54,400 nucleotides of DNA from Candidatus Levybacteria bacterium RIFCSPHIGHO2_01_FULL_41_15. Its GTDB lineage: Bacteria; Patescibacteriota; Microgenomatia; Levybacterales; UBA12049. The DNA lies in contig MFNV01000008.1 of the NCBI GenBank assembly GCA_001782165.1, positions 1 through 54,400 of the forward strand, read 5' to 3'. Under the pieces are notes generated by a model, which searched no databases, was not told the origin of the DNA, and saw only the letters and a program-made list of their open reading frames with translations. A program made the translations under genes and the position numbers. Position 1 is the stretch's first letter. Each line of letters opens with the position of its first letter. Below, in pieces: positions 6,678 through 15,134 of this stretch.

Positions 6678-8303
6678 CTACGGATTCTTAACAGCTTTAA
6701 GCCATAGAGTGAAATCAGTAGTATCTATCTTCCCATTTCCATTTATATCAGGCCAATACTGTGCTCCATCTGGAGCTTTATATGTATTATCCGGTTGTTT
6801 ATCTAATCCCTTAACAGCCCTAAGCCATAGAGTGAAATCAGTAGTATCTATCTTCCCATTTCTGTTTACATCAGCGGGCGGGGGTTTTATTGCAAACCAG
6901 GGATCTTGATGGCCTCCGGGTGCCAAATCAACGGATACATTATTTGCACCGGTAACAGTCCAGCCGGCAGGCGGATTTACCGAAACCGTATATTTTCCGG
7001 GAGGAATCAACCCACTTGAGTAGTAAGGCTCGGTGTTACAACCTACAGCCTTTAATGATCCAATGTTTTGGGGCCCGGTAATACTGATACTAACCCCGTC
7101 TTGATTGGTATAGTTAGTACAGCCAGTTGCAGTTGAGCTTGGATCCCGGATAAAAGATTCATTTGTGCAATTTAGATTACCATCGCCGTTGTCATCTTTA
7201 CAAATGCGCCCTTGGATAAATCCGTACGGCGTATAATGCCACCAGAGATCGGCATATCCGCCTGCAGGGACATTTACAATAACTCCGCCTTCGGGTGTTG
7301 GAGTAGCCGAGTGGCAATTCGTAGCATTGTAACAAAGAGTATAGCCAATACTATAGCCTGATGGAGCAGAAACGGAGACATAGTGACCAGTGGCAGACAC
7401 ATTGGTAAAAGAGTAAGGATTAGCAGTGGTAGTTTTTGTTGCAGGATTATCTAGGGAAACTGTTTCACTGGCTGGAGGGACTGCAGTACCATCATTACCC
7501 GGCATCAATACTTTATATCCCTGAATCGTACCGGTCTGCACAGCCGGAGACGAATTTGGTGGAGGACCTCCTATTGCCGGCGTCGAGGTTGGAGGGCCTC
7601 CTCCCGGATTCGGGGTTGGAGTTGGAGTTGGGGATGCAGGATTTGGCGGGGGTGGTGAGGTTGGGAGATTTCCTCCACAACTTGGAGTTGTGAAATAAAA
7701 TGTATTAGAGTGATAGGTATCTTTATCCGGACTATATGTATTGTCGCTATAGACGCTTTCAACCCACGCATTATAATTCGTATTGGTAGACAGTGTTACG
7801 GGAGGAGTAAAATTACTAGTATACTTGGTTGGTAGTTTCTGATCATATATCTCTTTCCAGTCCCAGTAGTTGCCATAAGATTTCCATTGAAATACATGAA
7901 ACCACTGTTCAATATATGTATACGTATAATTAGAACCCGTTCCGCCCATATAAGATAGCTGACTAGCCGGTGTCCATGTAAATGCTACCTGATTACATGT
8001 AAGATTGCTTTTGTTTAAATTAGTCGGATATTTTGATATACCGCCGGGGGCAGGAGGGACTGTTGATGCGCGTTGACGGTATTCGGTGGAACGCTGAACT
8101 GCAATTATCGTTGCGCCGACACCTATAACGAGAACAAGTACAAAAAGACCGATTAGGGTTCTTTTGGAGAAAAAAGAGACGAGTCTTAGAAACGGAGCGG
8201 GGAGAGGATTATCGTTTCTTTTGAAAGAAACCGGATCTTGGGCTGGCCCGCCTTGACCCGGCGAGGCAGGCGGGGAAGAAGTCTTTTCGGTATTCTCGTC
8301 CAT
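6678..8303 (-). CDS. Modular surface protein: TM anchor, Fn3-like and SdrD-B-like domains, Pro-rich linker, C-terminal dockerin-like duplicate
   Basis: TM helix then QRSTEYRQRAS; Pro-rich linker; DVNRNGKIDTTDF and DINGNGKIDTTDF repeats. Confidence 0.75.
   Translation of the reverse strand: MDENTEKTSSPPASPGQGGPAQDPVSFKRNDNPLPAPFLRLVSFFSKRTLIGLFVLVLVIGVGATIIAVQRSTEYRQRASTVPPAPGGISKYPTNLNKSNLTCNQVAFTWTPASQLSYMGGTGSNYTYTYIEQWFHVFQWKSYGNYWDWKEIYDQKLPTKYTSNFTPPVTLSTNTNYNAWVESVYSDNTYSPDKDTYHSNTFYFTTPSCGGNLPTSPPPPNPASPTPTPTPNPGGGPPTSTPAIGGPPPNSSPAVQTGTIQGYKVLMPGNDGTAVPPASETVSLDNPATKTTTANPYSFTNVSATGHYVSVSAPSGYSIGYTLCYNATNCHSATPTPEGGVIVNVPAGGYADLWWHYTPYGFIQGRICKDDNGDGNLNCTNESFIRDPSSTATGCTNYTNQDGVSISITGPQNIGSLKAVGCNTEPYYSSGLIPPGKYTVSVNPPAGWTVTGANNVSVDLAPGGHQDPWFAIKPPPADVNRNGKIDTTDFTLWLRAVKGLDKQPDNTYKAPDGAQYWPDINGNGKIDTTDFTLWLKAVKNP
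6698..6862. repeat. Perfect 42-bp direct repeat (6698-6739 and 6821-6862) encoding the two dockerin halves
   Basis: TAAGCCATAGAGTGAAATCAGTAGTATCTATCTTCCCATTTC occurs twice. Confidence 0.95.
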
Positions 8304-8445
8304 AAAAATCCCTATATTCTAAAGGTAGGGGAAACCGCTCTCTTTGTCAATACTTGGTGGATAACAATTAATATTTAACAATTAACAAATTAATTATTTT
8401 TGTTTACTACTTTTCAAACATGTTCTTTGGTGATAGACTTTGTCT

Positions 8446-9015
8446 ATGGTTTTGTCGGACAAAGACCTCAAAAAAGCTCTTAAGACCAAAAAAATCGTGA
8501 TAAAGCCGGCCCCCGATCTTAAAACACAACTTGGGTCTTGTTCTATCGATCTTAGGCTTGGTGATGTATTCAGGATTTTTGACTACAGCCGTTATCCATA
8601 TATTGATCCTTCAAAAAAAGATTACAGCAACGAGATAACTAAAGTCATTAAATTAAAAGACGGCGAAAAATTCATAATGCAGCCGGGAGATTTTGTTTTG
8701 GCGGTAACTCTTGAAACTGTTAAGATAGCACCGAATCTGATGGGTAGACTTGAAGGGCGATCTTCTCTTGGACGGCTGGGTTTGGTAGTTCACTCAACGG
8801 CGAGTATTTTTGACCCCGGTTGGGACGGCAAACCTGTTTTAGAACTCGGAAACCTTGGGAGAATGGCGATTAGCTTGACATGCGGCATGAGAATTTGTGC
8901 TATGACATTTGAGCAATTATCAAGTAATGCACAAAATCCTTATACAAAGAAAAAACAGGCAAAATACGCATTTCAGAAGGGTCCGGATGAAAGCAAAATC
9001 CATGAAGAAAGATAA
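8446..9015 (+). CDS. dcd: dCTP deaminase
   Basis: VLSDKDL, SIDLRLG, GRLEGRSSLGRLG, STASIFDPGW, LELGN, RICAMTF. Likely start ATG 8446. Confidence 0.92.
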   Translation: MVLSDKDLKKALKTKKIVIKPAPDLKTQLGSCSIDLRLGDVFRIFDYSRYPYIDPSKKDYSNEITKVIKLKDGEKFIMQPGDFVLAVTLETVKIAPNLMGRLEGRSSLGRLGLVVHSTASIFDPGWDGKPVLELGNLGRMAISLTCGMRICAMTFEQLSSNAQNPYTKKKQAKYAFQKGPDESKIHEER

Positions 9016-9020
9016 CTTTG

Positions 9021-9199
9021 CTAAAATTCTAAATCCAAAATTACAAATTCTAAATGGTTCGACAAGCTCACCATCCTGAGCAGCGTCGAAGGATAAATCA
9101 CAAATACGAAATTCTAATATCCGAAATAGTTTTTGAATTTTGAATATTTAAAATTTGATATTATTTGGAATTTGGTGCTTTGAGTTTGGAATTTAAATT
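9021..9199. repeat. Composite intergenic element: heptamer left arm, 49-bp palindromic core, inverted heptamer right arm
   Basis: Core 9050-9098 is identical to 48089-48137 and has 2 mismatches to 21528-21573. Arms are AAATCCA/AAATTCT-type and GGAATTT-type. Confidence 0.9.
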
Positions 9200-9889
9200 A
9201 TGAAATATCATATTTCATTTGATATTGAATTTAGAGAAAACCCGTATAAGGGTAAATATATTGCATTTGAGGGGATTGACGGAGTTGGTAAAACTACCCA
9301 AGCGGCAATCTTAAAAAAATATCTTCAGAAAAAAGGAAGAGAAGTAATTTTTACCAAAGAACCTACGCAAAATCCGCCAATCGGCACATTGATTCACGAT
9401 TTTATAAAAGGCAAAATAAAATTTCCTTCTGTTTCTATCCAATATTTATTTGCGGCAGACCGGGAGATTCATTTAAAAGACACAGTTGAACCGGCTCTTA
9501 AAAATGGAAAAATTGTAATCTCGGACCGCTGTTTTTGGTCTTCGGTTGCCTATGGGATTTTAGACAAAAAAGAAGATTTTTATAAATTAAACAATAGAGA
9601 GATACTTTTGGTTTCGGAAAGTATTTTGTCGATGTACCACCAATTTATAGTACCCGACATAACTTTTTATATTGATGCTTCATCGGATATTGCAATCTCA
9701 AGAATTTCTAAAATGAAGAAAAAGCATGAGTATTATGAAACTCGGGAGAAGTTAAAAAATATTAAGGCAGGATATGACTGGCTCGCTGAAAAATTCCCCA
9801 AGGAGATAGTTGCAATTGATGGGGAGAAACCGGTTGAAGAAGTTACTGCCCAAATTCTAAAGAATTTAGAATTACGATTTAAGATTTAA
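9200..9889 (+). CDS. tmk: Thymidylate kinase
   Basis: FEGIDGVGKTTQ P-loop, KEP, ISDRCFWSSVAY, PDITFYID. Confidence 0.95.
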   Translation: MKYHISFDIEFRENPYKGKYIAFEGIDGVGKTTQAAILKKYLQKKGREVIFTKEPTQNPPIGTLIHDFIKGKIKFPSVSIQYLFAADREIHLKDTVEPALKNGKIVISDRCFWSSVAYGILDKKEDFYKLNNREILLVSESILSMYHQFIVPDITFYIDASSDIAISRISKMKKKHEYYETREKLKNIKAGYDWLAEKFPKEIVAIDGEKPVEEVTAQILKNLELRFKI

Positions 9890-9964
9890 GAATTATGATT
9901 TTGGGACCAAACCCTCCTTCGCATAAAGCTTCGGAAGGGCAAGGAAATTATTTAAAATAAATGT

Positions 9965-10504
9965 ATGATATTAGGGCCGAGGAAGTTATTGGAGTTAGTT
10001 AAAACTAAAAAGCTTGTAGAGGGATTGTCTAAAAGGGAATTGGAAAATCCCGAAGGTGCGGGATTTGATCTAAGACTTGGTGAGGTATATAAAATCAAAG
10101 GCAAAGCATTTTTGGGAGAAAATTCACGCTCAACCCCAGGGGTTGAACTTGTAAAAAAATACGAAAAGGGAAAGAAGACTAAAATAATCATAAAGCCGGG
10201 GGATTTTTATTTGGTTAAGACAATTGAAAAGATAAATCTCCCTTTGGATCTATCTGCAGTCATAATCCCGCGAACCACAACATTTCGCTCGGGAATTTTT
10301 ATCCGCACCGGCCCTGTTCAGCCGGGCTATCAGGGTGAATTGACCTTTGGTCTTAAAAATGAAGGACCGGTGACGGTTGAAATTGAAATGGGAGCGCGGT
10401 TTGTCCATGTAATTTTTCATGAAGTTAAAGGCGGAGGGAGCAAGTATCGCGGGCAATGGCAAGGAGGACGAGTAACCACACGGCGCAAAGAGCGCCAAGT
10501 GTAA
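9965..10504 (+). CDS. Trimeric dUTPase / dCTP-deaminase-like protein
   Basis: GFDLRLGE, PRTTTFRSG, VQPGYQGEL, YRGQWQGG. Same fold as dcd but divergent. Confidence 0.8.
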   Translation: MILGPRKLLELVKTKKLVEGLSKRELENPEGAGFDLRLGEVYKIKGKAFLGENSRSTPGVELVKKYEKGKKTKIIIKPGDFYLVKTIEKINLPLDLSAVIIPRTTTFRSGIFIRTGPVQPGYQGELTFGLKNEGPVTVEIEMGARFVHVIFHEVKGGGSKYRGQWQGGRVTTRRKERQV

Positions 10505-10655
10505 ATCCTAAATCCAAAATTCTAAATCCTAAATAATATCAAAATTACAATGATCAAAATTCAAAAGAATAACATAGAAAACCAAAATAGTTTTGTTATT
10601 TGAAATTTAGAGTTTATAATTTGTTTAGAATTTAGAAATTAGACATTAGAAATTT
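10502..10655. repeat. Composite heptamer inverted-arm intergenic element without the long core
   Basis: TAAATCC/AAAATTC left arm, TTAGAAA/TTAGAGT right arm abutting the thyA ATG. Confidence 0.8.
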
Positions 10656-11615
10656 ATGAAACATCAGGAGTATCAATATTTAAATCTTTTAAAAGATGTA
10701 ATGGAGAATGGTTTTGAAAAGCATGAGTTTAATTCGGGAATTATGTTTAAAAGCGTATTTGGACGGCAAATCCGGTTTGATTTATCAGCTGGTTTTCCTC
10801 TTCTAACAACAAAAAAAGTATTCCTTAGGGGAATTTTACATGAGCTGATCTGGTTTTTAAGAGGCGATTCGAATATAAAATATTTAGTCGATAATGATGT
10901 TCACATTTGGGATGAATGGGGATACAAGCGCTTCAAGGAAGCGCAAAAGAATTCAGAGTTCAGAGTTCAGAATTCAGAATTGACGATGGCAGAATATGTT
11001 GCAAAGATTAAAAGTTTGCCGGCTGATCACAAGTTTGTAAAAAAGTTTGGAGAACTTGGGCCGGTCTACGGGGTTCAGTGGAGGAGATGGCCGGCCTCTG
11101 ACGGACGCAAGATCGATCAGGTGAAGTGGGCGATTGAAAAAATTAAAAAAACGCCGGAGAGGCGGCACATTGTAATTTCTGCTTGGAATCCTGAGTTTGT
11201 TTATGAAATGGCAAAGCCCGGACAATCCGTTGCGCTTCCCCCATGCCATACGCTTTTTCAGTTCAACGTAATAAACGGGAAACTTTCGTGCCAGCTTTAT
11301 CAAAGAAGTGCTGATTTATTTTTGGGAGTTCCTTTCAACATAGCAAGTTATGCTCTTTTTACTATGATTTTTGCCCACCTAACAGGTTATAAACCGGGAG
11401 AATTCGTTCATACTTTTGGTGATGCGCACATTTACTCAAATCACTTTGATCAAGTCAATAAACAGCTAAAAAGAAAACCGCGGCCATTCCCAAAGATGAA
11501 AATAAATCCAGAATTGAAAGATATCGATAAAATAAAATTTGAGGATTTTACTTTGGAAGGCTATGACCCTTACCCTCCGATTAAAGGCGAAGTTACGGTA
11601 GTTGGGGGCTTTTAG
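10656..11615 (+). CDS. thyA: Thymidylate synthase
   Basis: [49 protein letters not shown]. Confidence 0.98.
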   Translation: MKHQEYQYLNLLKDVMENGFEKHEFNSGIMFKSVFGRQIRFDLSAGFPLLTTKKVFLRGILHELIWFLRGDSNIKYLVDNDVHIWDEWGYKRFKEAQKNSEFRVQNSELTMAEYVAKIKSLPADHKFVKKFGELGPVYGVQWRRWPASDGRKIDQVKWAIEKIKKTPERRHIVISAWNPEFVYEMAKPGQSVALPPCHTLFQFNVINGKLSCQLYQRSADLFLGVPFNIASYALFTMIFAHLTGYKPGEFVHTFGDAHIYSNHFDQVNKQLKRKPRPFPKMKINPELKDIDKIKFEDFTLEGYDPYPPIKGEVTVVGGF

Positions 11616-12157
11616 TCAGCATTTCCATTTCTTGCTAAATATCCGAGTCCTAATTCCCTGAGTCTATCTGGGTTTGATAGCGCTAGATTTCCTCGAATTG
11701 GCCTTTTCACCCAAGCAATTTTTGTGTGCTGGGGGTGCTTCATTGCGTCCTCGAGTGTCTGCGATTGTACTCTTCCTGTGTGTCTTGCATTATGAACTAT
11801 GTGTATTTTTTTGCCCTCGTCAATCCATATCATTGCAATGTGAATTCCCCTAAAATCGTTTTTATTTGTTGGGCAGAGACCTACTATGTCTCCAGTTTGA
11901 GCCTGTGATATGTCTTCAACGAGACTAGTATAATTAGTATCTTCGTATAGATCAGAAGATCTAAGTCGGGGAAGTTCGAAGCCCCTTGCAGAAACGATTG
12001 CATGAACTAAAAGTTCGCAATTTGTGCCTGCCTCTGGATTTGTGAAAACCTCCTCAACGTCAGTCGTATCGGGGTTTCGATCTGGTCTATATGGAATGGA
12101 AATTTCTGTTTTGTTTATGAATGCTTTCCACCTCGCAATTGGTATAATATACTTGTT
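11612..12157 (-). CDS. NlpC/P60-like cysteine peptidase reading frame; start codon non-canonical or frameshifted
   Basis: Hand translation shows the frame is stop-free from 12157 to 11612, but its first ATG/GTG/TTG is at 11833. It contains [41 protein letters not shown] and IVHNA. Confidence 0.6.
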   Translation of the reverse strand, partial: NKYIIPIARWKAFINKTEISIPYRPDRNPDTTDVEEVFTNPEAGTNCELLVHAIVSARGFELPRLRSSDLYEDTNYTSLVEDISQAQTGDIVGLCPTNKNDFRGIHIAMIWIDEGKKIHIVHNARHTGRVQSQTLEDAMKHPQHTKIAWVKRPIRGNLALSNPDRLRELGLGYLARNGNAD

Positions 12158-12176
12158 TTAAGAAAAAAATGCAATA

Positions 12177-12683
12177 ATGAAACCTAGAATTAGTTTGATA
12201 GTTGCTGTTGATAGTATAAACGGAATCGGAAAAAAGGGTAAAATTCCATGGCATATAAAAGAAGACTTGGTTAGATTAAAGAACTTGACAAAGGGCAGAA
12301 TTGTTATTTTGGGACGCAAGACCTATGAATCAATGGTTTGGTATTACGATCGAAGTGGTCGTCCGATGCCCGCTAAGTTATATATAGTAATTACTCATGA
12401 CGAGGAACATAAGACTGCTCGAGAGAATGTTAAGACGGCTCATTCTCTTGACGAAGCATTAGAAAATGGTCAAGACGAGGAAGTATTCATTCTCGGAGGA
12501 GCGCAGATTTTTCAACAGGCAATTGATATGGGAATTGTTGATAGACTATACTTAACTCAAGTCGAAGGCGACTTTAATTGTGATACGTTCTTTCCTGATT
12601 ATTCAGAGTTTAAGAAAGTTTTAAGCGAGAAAAACGGCGAAGAAAACGTAATTAAATATAAATTCTTAGTTTTGGAAAAATGA
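12177..12683 (+). CDS. folA: Dihydrofolate reductase
   Basis: IVAVD..NGIGKKGKIPW, VILGRKTYES, ILGGAQIF, CDTFFP. Confidence 0.97.
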   Translation: MKPRISLIVAVDSINGIGKKGKIPWHIKEDLVRLKNLTKGRIVILGRKTYESMVWYYDRSGRPMPAKLYIVITHDEEHKTARENVKTAHSLDEALENGQDEEVFILGGAQIFQQAIDMGIVDRLYLTQVEGDFNCDTFFPDYSEFKKVLSEKNGEENVIKYKFLVLEK

Positions 12684-14002
12684 AAAATTTAAAAGCGGTT
12701 GATCCGCAAGTTTACGAACTCATAAAAAAAGAGGAAGAAAGACAAAAGGAGGTTTTGGAAATGATTCCCTCAGAAAACTATGCTTCAAGGGGAGTTCTCG
12801 AGGCTTTGGGAAGTGTTTTTAATAATAAATATTCAGAGGGTTACCCGCTTAAAAGGTATTATCAGGGAAATAAAATAGTAGATAATTTAGAACTTCTTGC
12901 ACAGGATCGAGCAAAAAAATTATTCGGCGTCCCTCATGTAAATGTCCAACCATATTCAGGTTCTCCGGCAAATACAGCAGTCTATTTTGCGCTTTTGGAA
13001 CCTTTAAAAGATAAGATTCTCGGATTATCTTTGGCCTTCGGGGGCCATCTGACTCATGGAGCACCTGTTTCGATTTCGGGAAAATACTTTAAAGTTATAC
13101 CTTATCATTTAAGTGATAAGGGACTGATTGACCATGATGAAGTTGAGAGACTCGCGGTTGAGGAACAACCCAAAATTATAGTCTGCGGCGCAACAGCTTA
13201 TCCAAGAATTATAGATTTTAAAAGATTCGGCGAAATTGCAGAAAAAGTTGAGGCATATCTTTTGGCTGATATTTCCCATATTGCGGGGCTGGTTGTCGGC
13301 GGAGTTCACCCCTCACCTGTTCCCTATGCTCATATAATAATGACGACAACGCATAAGACATTAAGGGGTCCAAGAGGCGCTATGATAATGGTTACAGACA
13401 AAGGTCTTGAGAAGGATCCGGAACTTCCCGATAAGATTGATAAGGCAGTATTTCCAGGTTTGCAAGGGGGACCGCATGATAATCAAACTGCGGCAATTGC
13501 TGTGGCCCTTGAAGAGGCAGGAAAGCCGGAATTTAAAAGATATTCAGAACAAGTTGTAAAAAACGCAAAAACTTTAGCGGACGAACTTTTAAAATTTAAA
13601 TTTGATCTTGTTTCAGGAGGGACCGACAATCACCTCTTGCTTATAGATTTAACTACAAAAAAAGCAAACGGTGCTCTTGCCGCATATGCTTTGGAGGTGG
13701 CAGGAATTGTTGTAAATAAAAACGCAGTGCCAAATGATCCTCTGCCTCCATTTTATCCTTCGGGAATCCGGCTTGGAACCCCTGCAATCACAACGCGCGG
13801 GATGAAGGAAAAAGAAATGATAAAGATTGCGTCTTGGATTAATCTAGTTATTGAAGAAATCAAGGGCGAAGAACTGCCGAAAGAAAAAGAGAGTAGAAGT
13901 TATTTCTGGAAAGAATTCAGAAGAAGAGTTAAAGAAAATGAGAGACTTCTGGAGATAAAAGAAGAGGTAAGAGCATCTTGCTCAAAGTTTCCAGCCCCCT
14001 AA
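12680..14002 (+). CDS. glyA: Serine hydroxymethyltransferase
   Basis: IPSENY, KYSEGYP, GGHLTHG, THKTLRGPRG (PLP lysine), SGIRLGTPA. Confidence 0.98.
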   Translation: MKNLKAVDPQVYELIKKEEERQKEVLEMIPSENYASRGVLEALGSVFNNKYSEGYPLKRYYQGNKIVDNLELLAQDRAKKLFGVPHVNVQPYSGSPANTAVYFALLEPLKDKILGLSLAFGGHLTHGAPVSISGKYFKVIPYHLSDKGLIDHDEVERLAVEEQPKIIVCGATAYPRIIDFKRFGEIAEKVEAYLLADISHIAGLVVGGVHPSPVPYAHIIMTTTHKTLRGPRGAMIMVTDKGLEKDPELPDKIDKAVFPGLQGGPHDNQTAAIAVALEEAGKPEFKRYSEQVVKNAKTLADELLKFKFDLVSGGTDNHLLLIDLTTKKANGALAAYALEVAGIVVNKNAVPNDPLPPFYPSGIRLGTPAITTRGMKEKEMIKIASWINLVIEEIKGEELPKEKESRSYFWKEFRRRVKENERLLEIKEEVRASCSKFPAP

Positions 14003-14226
14003 AAAGTTATTTTAATTTCGAACCCAAAAAGTTCTCCCACTCCGCCAAGACTTCGAGGGACAAGTCCTTTGACCCTGAGCTCAGGACTGAAGGGCTCACC
14101 ATAAGAGAAAAAAGAAGCGAGTTTTGGAAGGAGTTTAAAAGAAAGACCGAGAAAAACAAAAAACTTTTAAAGATTAAGGAAGAAGTAAAAGCATTTTGCC
14201 TAAAATTCCCGTGCCGTAAATTTTAA
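14003..14226 (+). pseudogene. Diverged duplicate of the GlyA C-terminal ~40 codons, interrupted by palindromic repeats
   Basis: REKRSEFWKEFKRKTEKNKKLLKIKEEVKAFCLKFP aligns with GlyA KESRSYFWKEFRRRVKENERLLEIKEEVRASCSKFP. Confidence 0.8.
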
Positions 14227-15065
14227 GTGGCTTTGGGAAGTTTTCTTGCTTTAAAAATCGTCCATCCCCGGGGAATCGTGTCGGATTTTCTTCGCTCAAG
14301 CATCGGTTCAACAGCCCCAACTAATAAATCTTTTGCAAGATCAAGTTCAACATCGGGAAGAGCAATTCTTGCGAACTCGTCATAACGACAGATTGCTTTT
14401 ACATCTTCTTTGTCCATTTGTGCTGTATGAAAGTAAACTTCAATATCTGATAAGCCGGCTGAGACGAGCATATTTACATAATCATCCACGCTGTATTGTC
14501 GTAAGGGGACAGGATTTGGTATATCATTTAGTCCGTGATTTTCTCGCGCAGCTTTTCTTGCGAGTGCCGTTAAAATCCCCCATGAATGCGCTGATTTTTC
14601 CGGATATGCATGAGTTGTTTCGTAGGCCGTATTTATAAGAAGAGTCGCACCGTAATCCATGATTCGAGCAGATTCTCTAGTGGCTGCCGGTGCATCTGTA
14701 AGATGGATAGCGTTTGCGAAGGTTACCAATTGTGCCCATCCGTTTTTTAAAGGAATATTTTCTGCAGGGGCATTTATAAAAAGCATCTGACCGTCGAAAT
14801 TCCTGAATGCTGATTTTGCGGCCTTGAGCGCACTTTCGTCTATATCATACCCTCTTACTTGAAAATCTCGAATTAACAATCCTTGCTCAAGCATTTGGGT
14901 GATCATTGCTCCAGTACCTGTCGCTATGTCGACAGCATATTTAACTGGTTTTTTAACAAGTCGAATGGTTTCTCTGTTTATCCCTATATAAAATGGGCGT
15001 CTAGTAAATTCTTCGTAGGAATGCGGTTGTTTTGCTCCTTGTCCCTGCTCGGCTCTTGTTGTCAT
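14223..15065 (-). CDS. Class I SAM-dependent methyltransferase
   Basis: AVDIATGTGA motif I, GYDID, AENIPL, FANAIHL. Likely start ATG 15065. Confidence 0.82.
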   Translation of the reverse strand: MTTRAEQGQGAKQPHSYEEFTRRPFYIGINRETIRLVKKPVKYAVDIATGTGAMITQMLEQGLLIRDFQVRGYDIDESALKAAKSAFRNFDGQMLFINAPAENIPLKNGWAQLVTFANAIHLTDAPAATRESARIMDYGATLLINTAYETTHAYPEKSAHSWGILTALARKAARENHGLNDIPNPVPLRQYSVDDYVNMLVSAGLSDIEVYFHTAQMDKEDVKAICRYDEFARIALPDVELDLAKDLLVGAVEPMLERRKSDTIPRGWTIFKARKLPKAT

Positions 15066-15074
15066 AATGCGGGC

Positions 15075-15125
15075 AGTATAGCAGAGGATTTGTTGTTTGA
15101 CAACAGGAAAATTCTTTGTTAGGAT
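15075..15125. promoter_or_regulatory. Overlapping divergent sigma70 promoters sharing one -35 region
   Basis: Plus strand TTGACA(15097-15102)-17-TAGGAT(15120-15125). Minus strand TTGTCA(15103-15098)-17-TATACT(15080-15075). Both have an extended -10 TG. Confidence 0.7.
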
Positions 15126-15134
15126 TTTAAAATT

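Noticed and set aside
6698-6862. Diversity-generating retroelement TR/VR pair
   Set aside because: The repeats are identical with no adenine-specific differences, both lie in one CDS, and no reverse transcriptase is in the window.
13978-14226. Independent 82-aa protein
   Set aside because: Better explained as a GlyA C-terminal remnant plus translated palindromic repeats.
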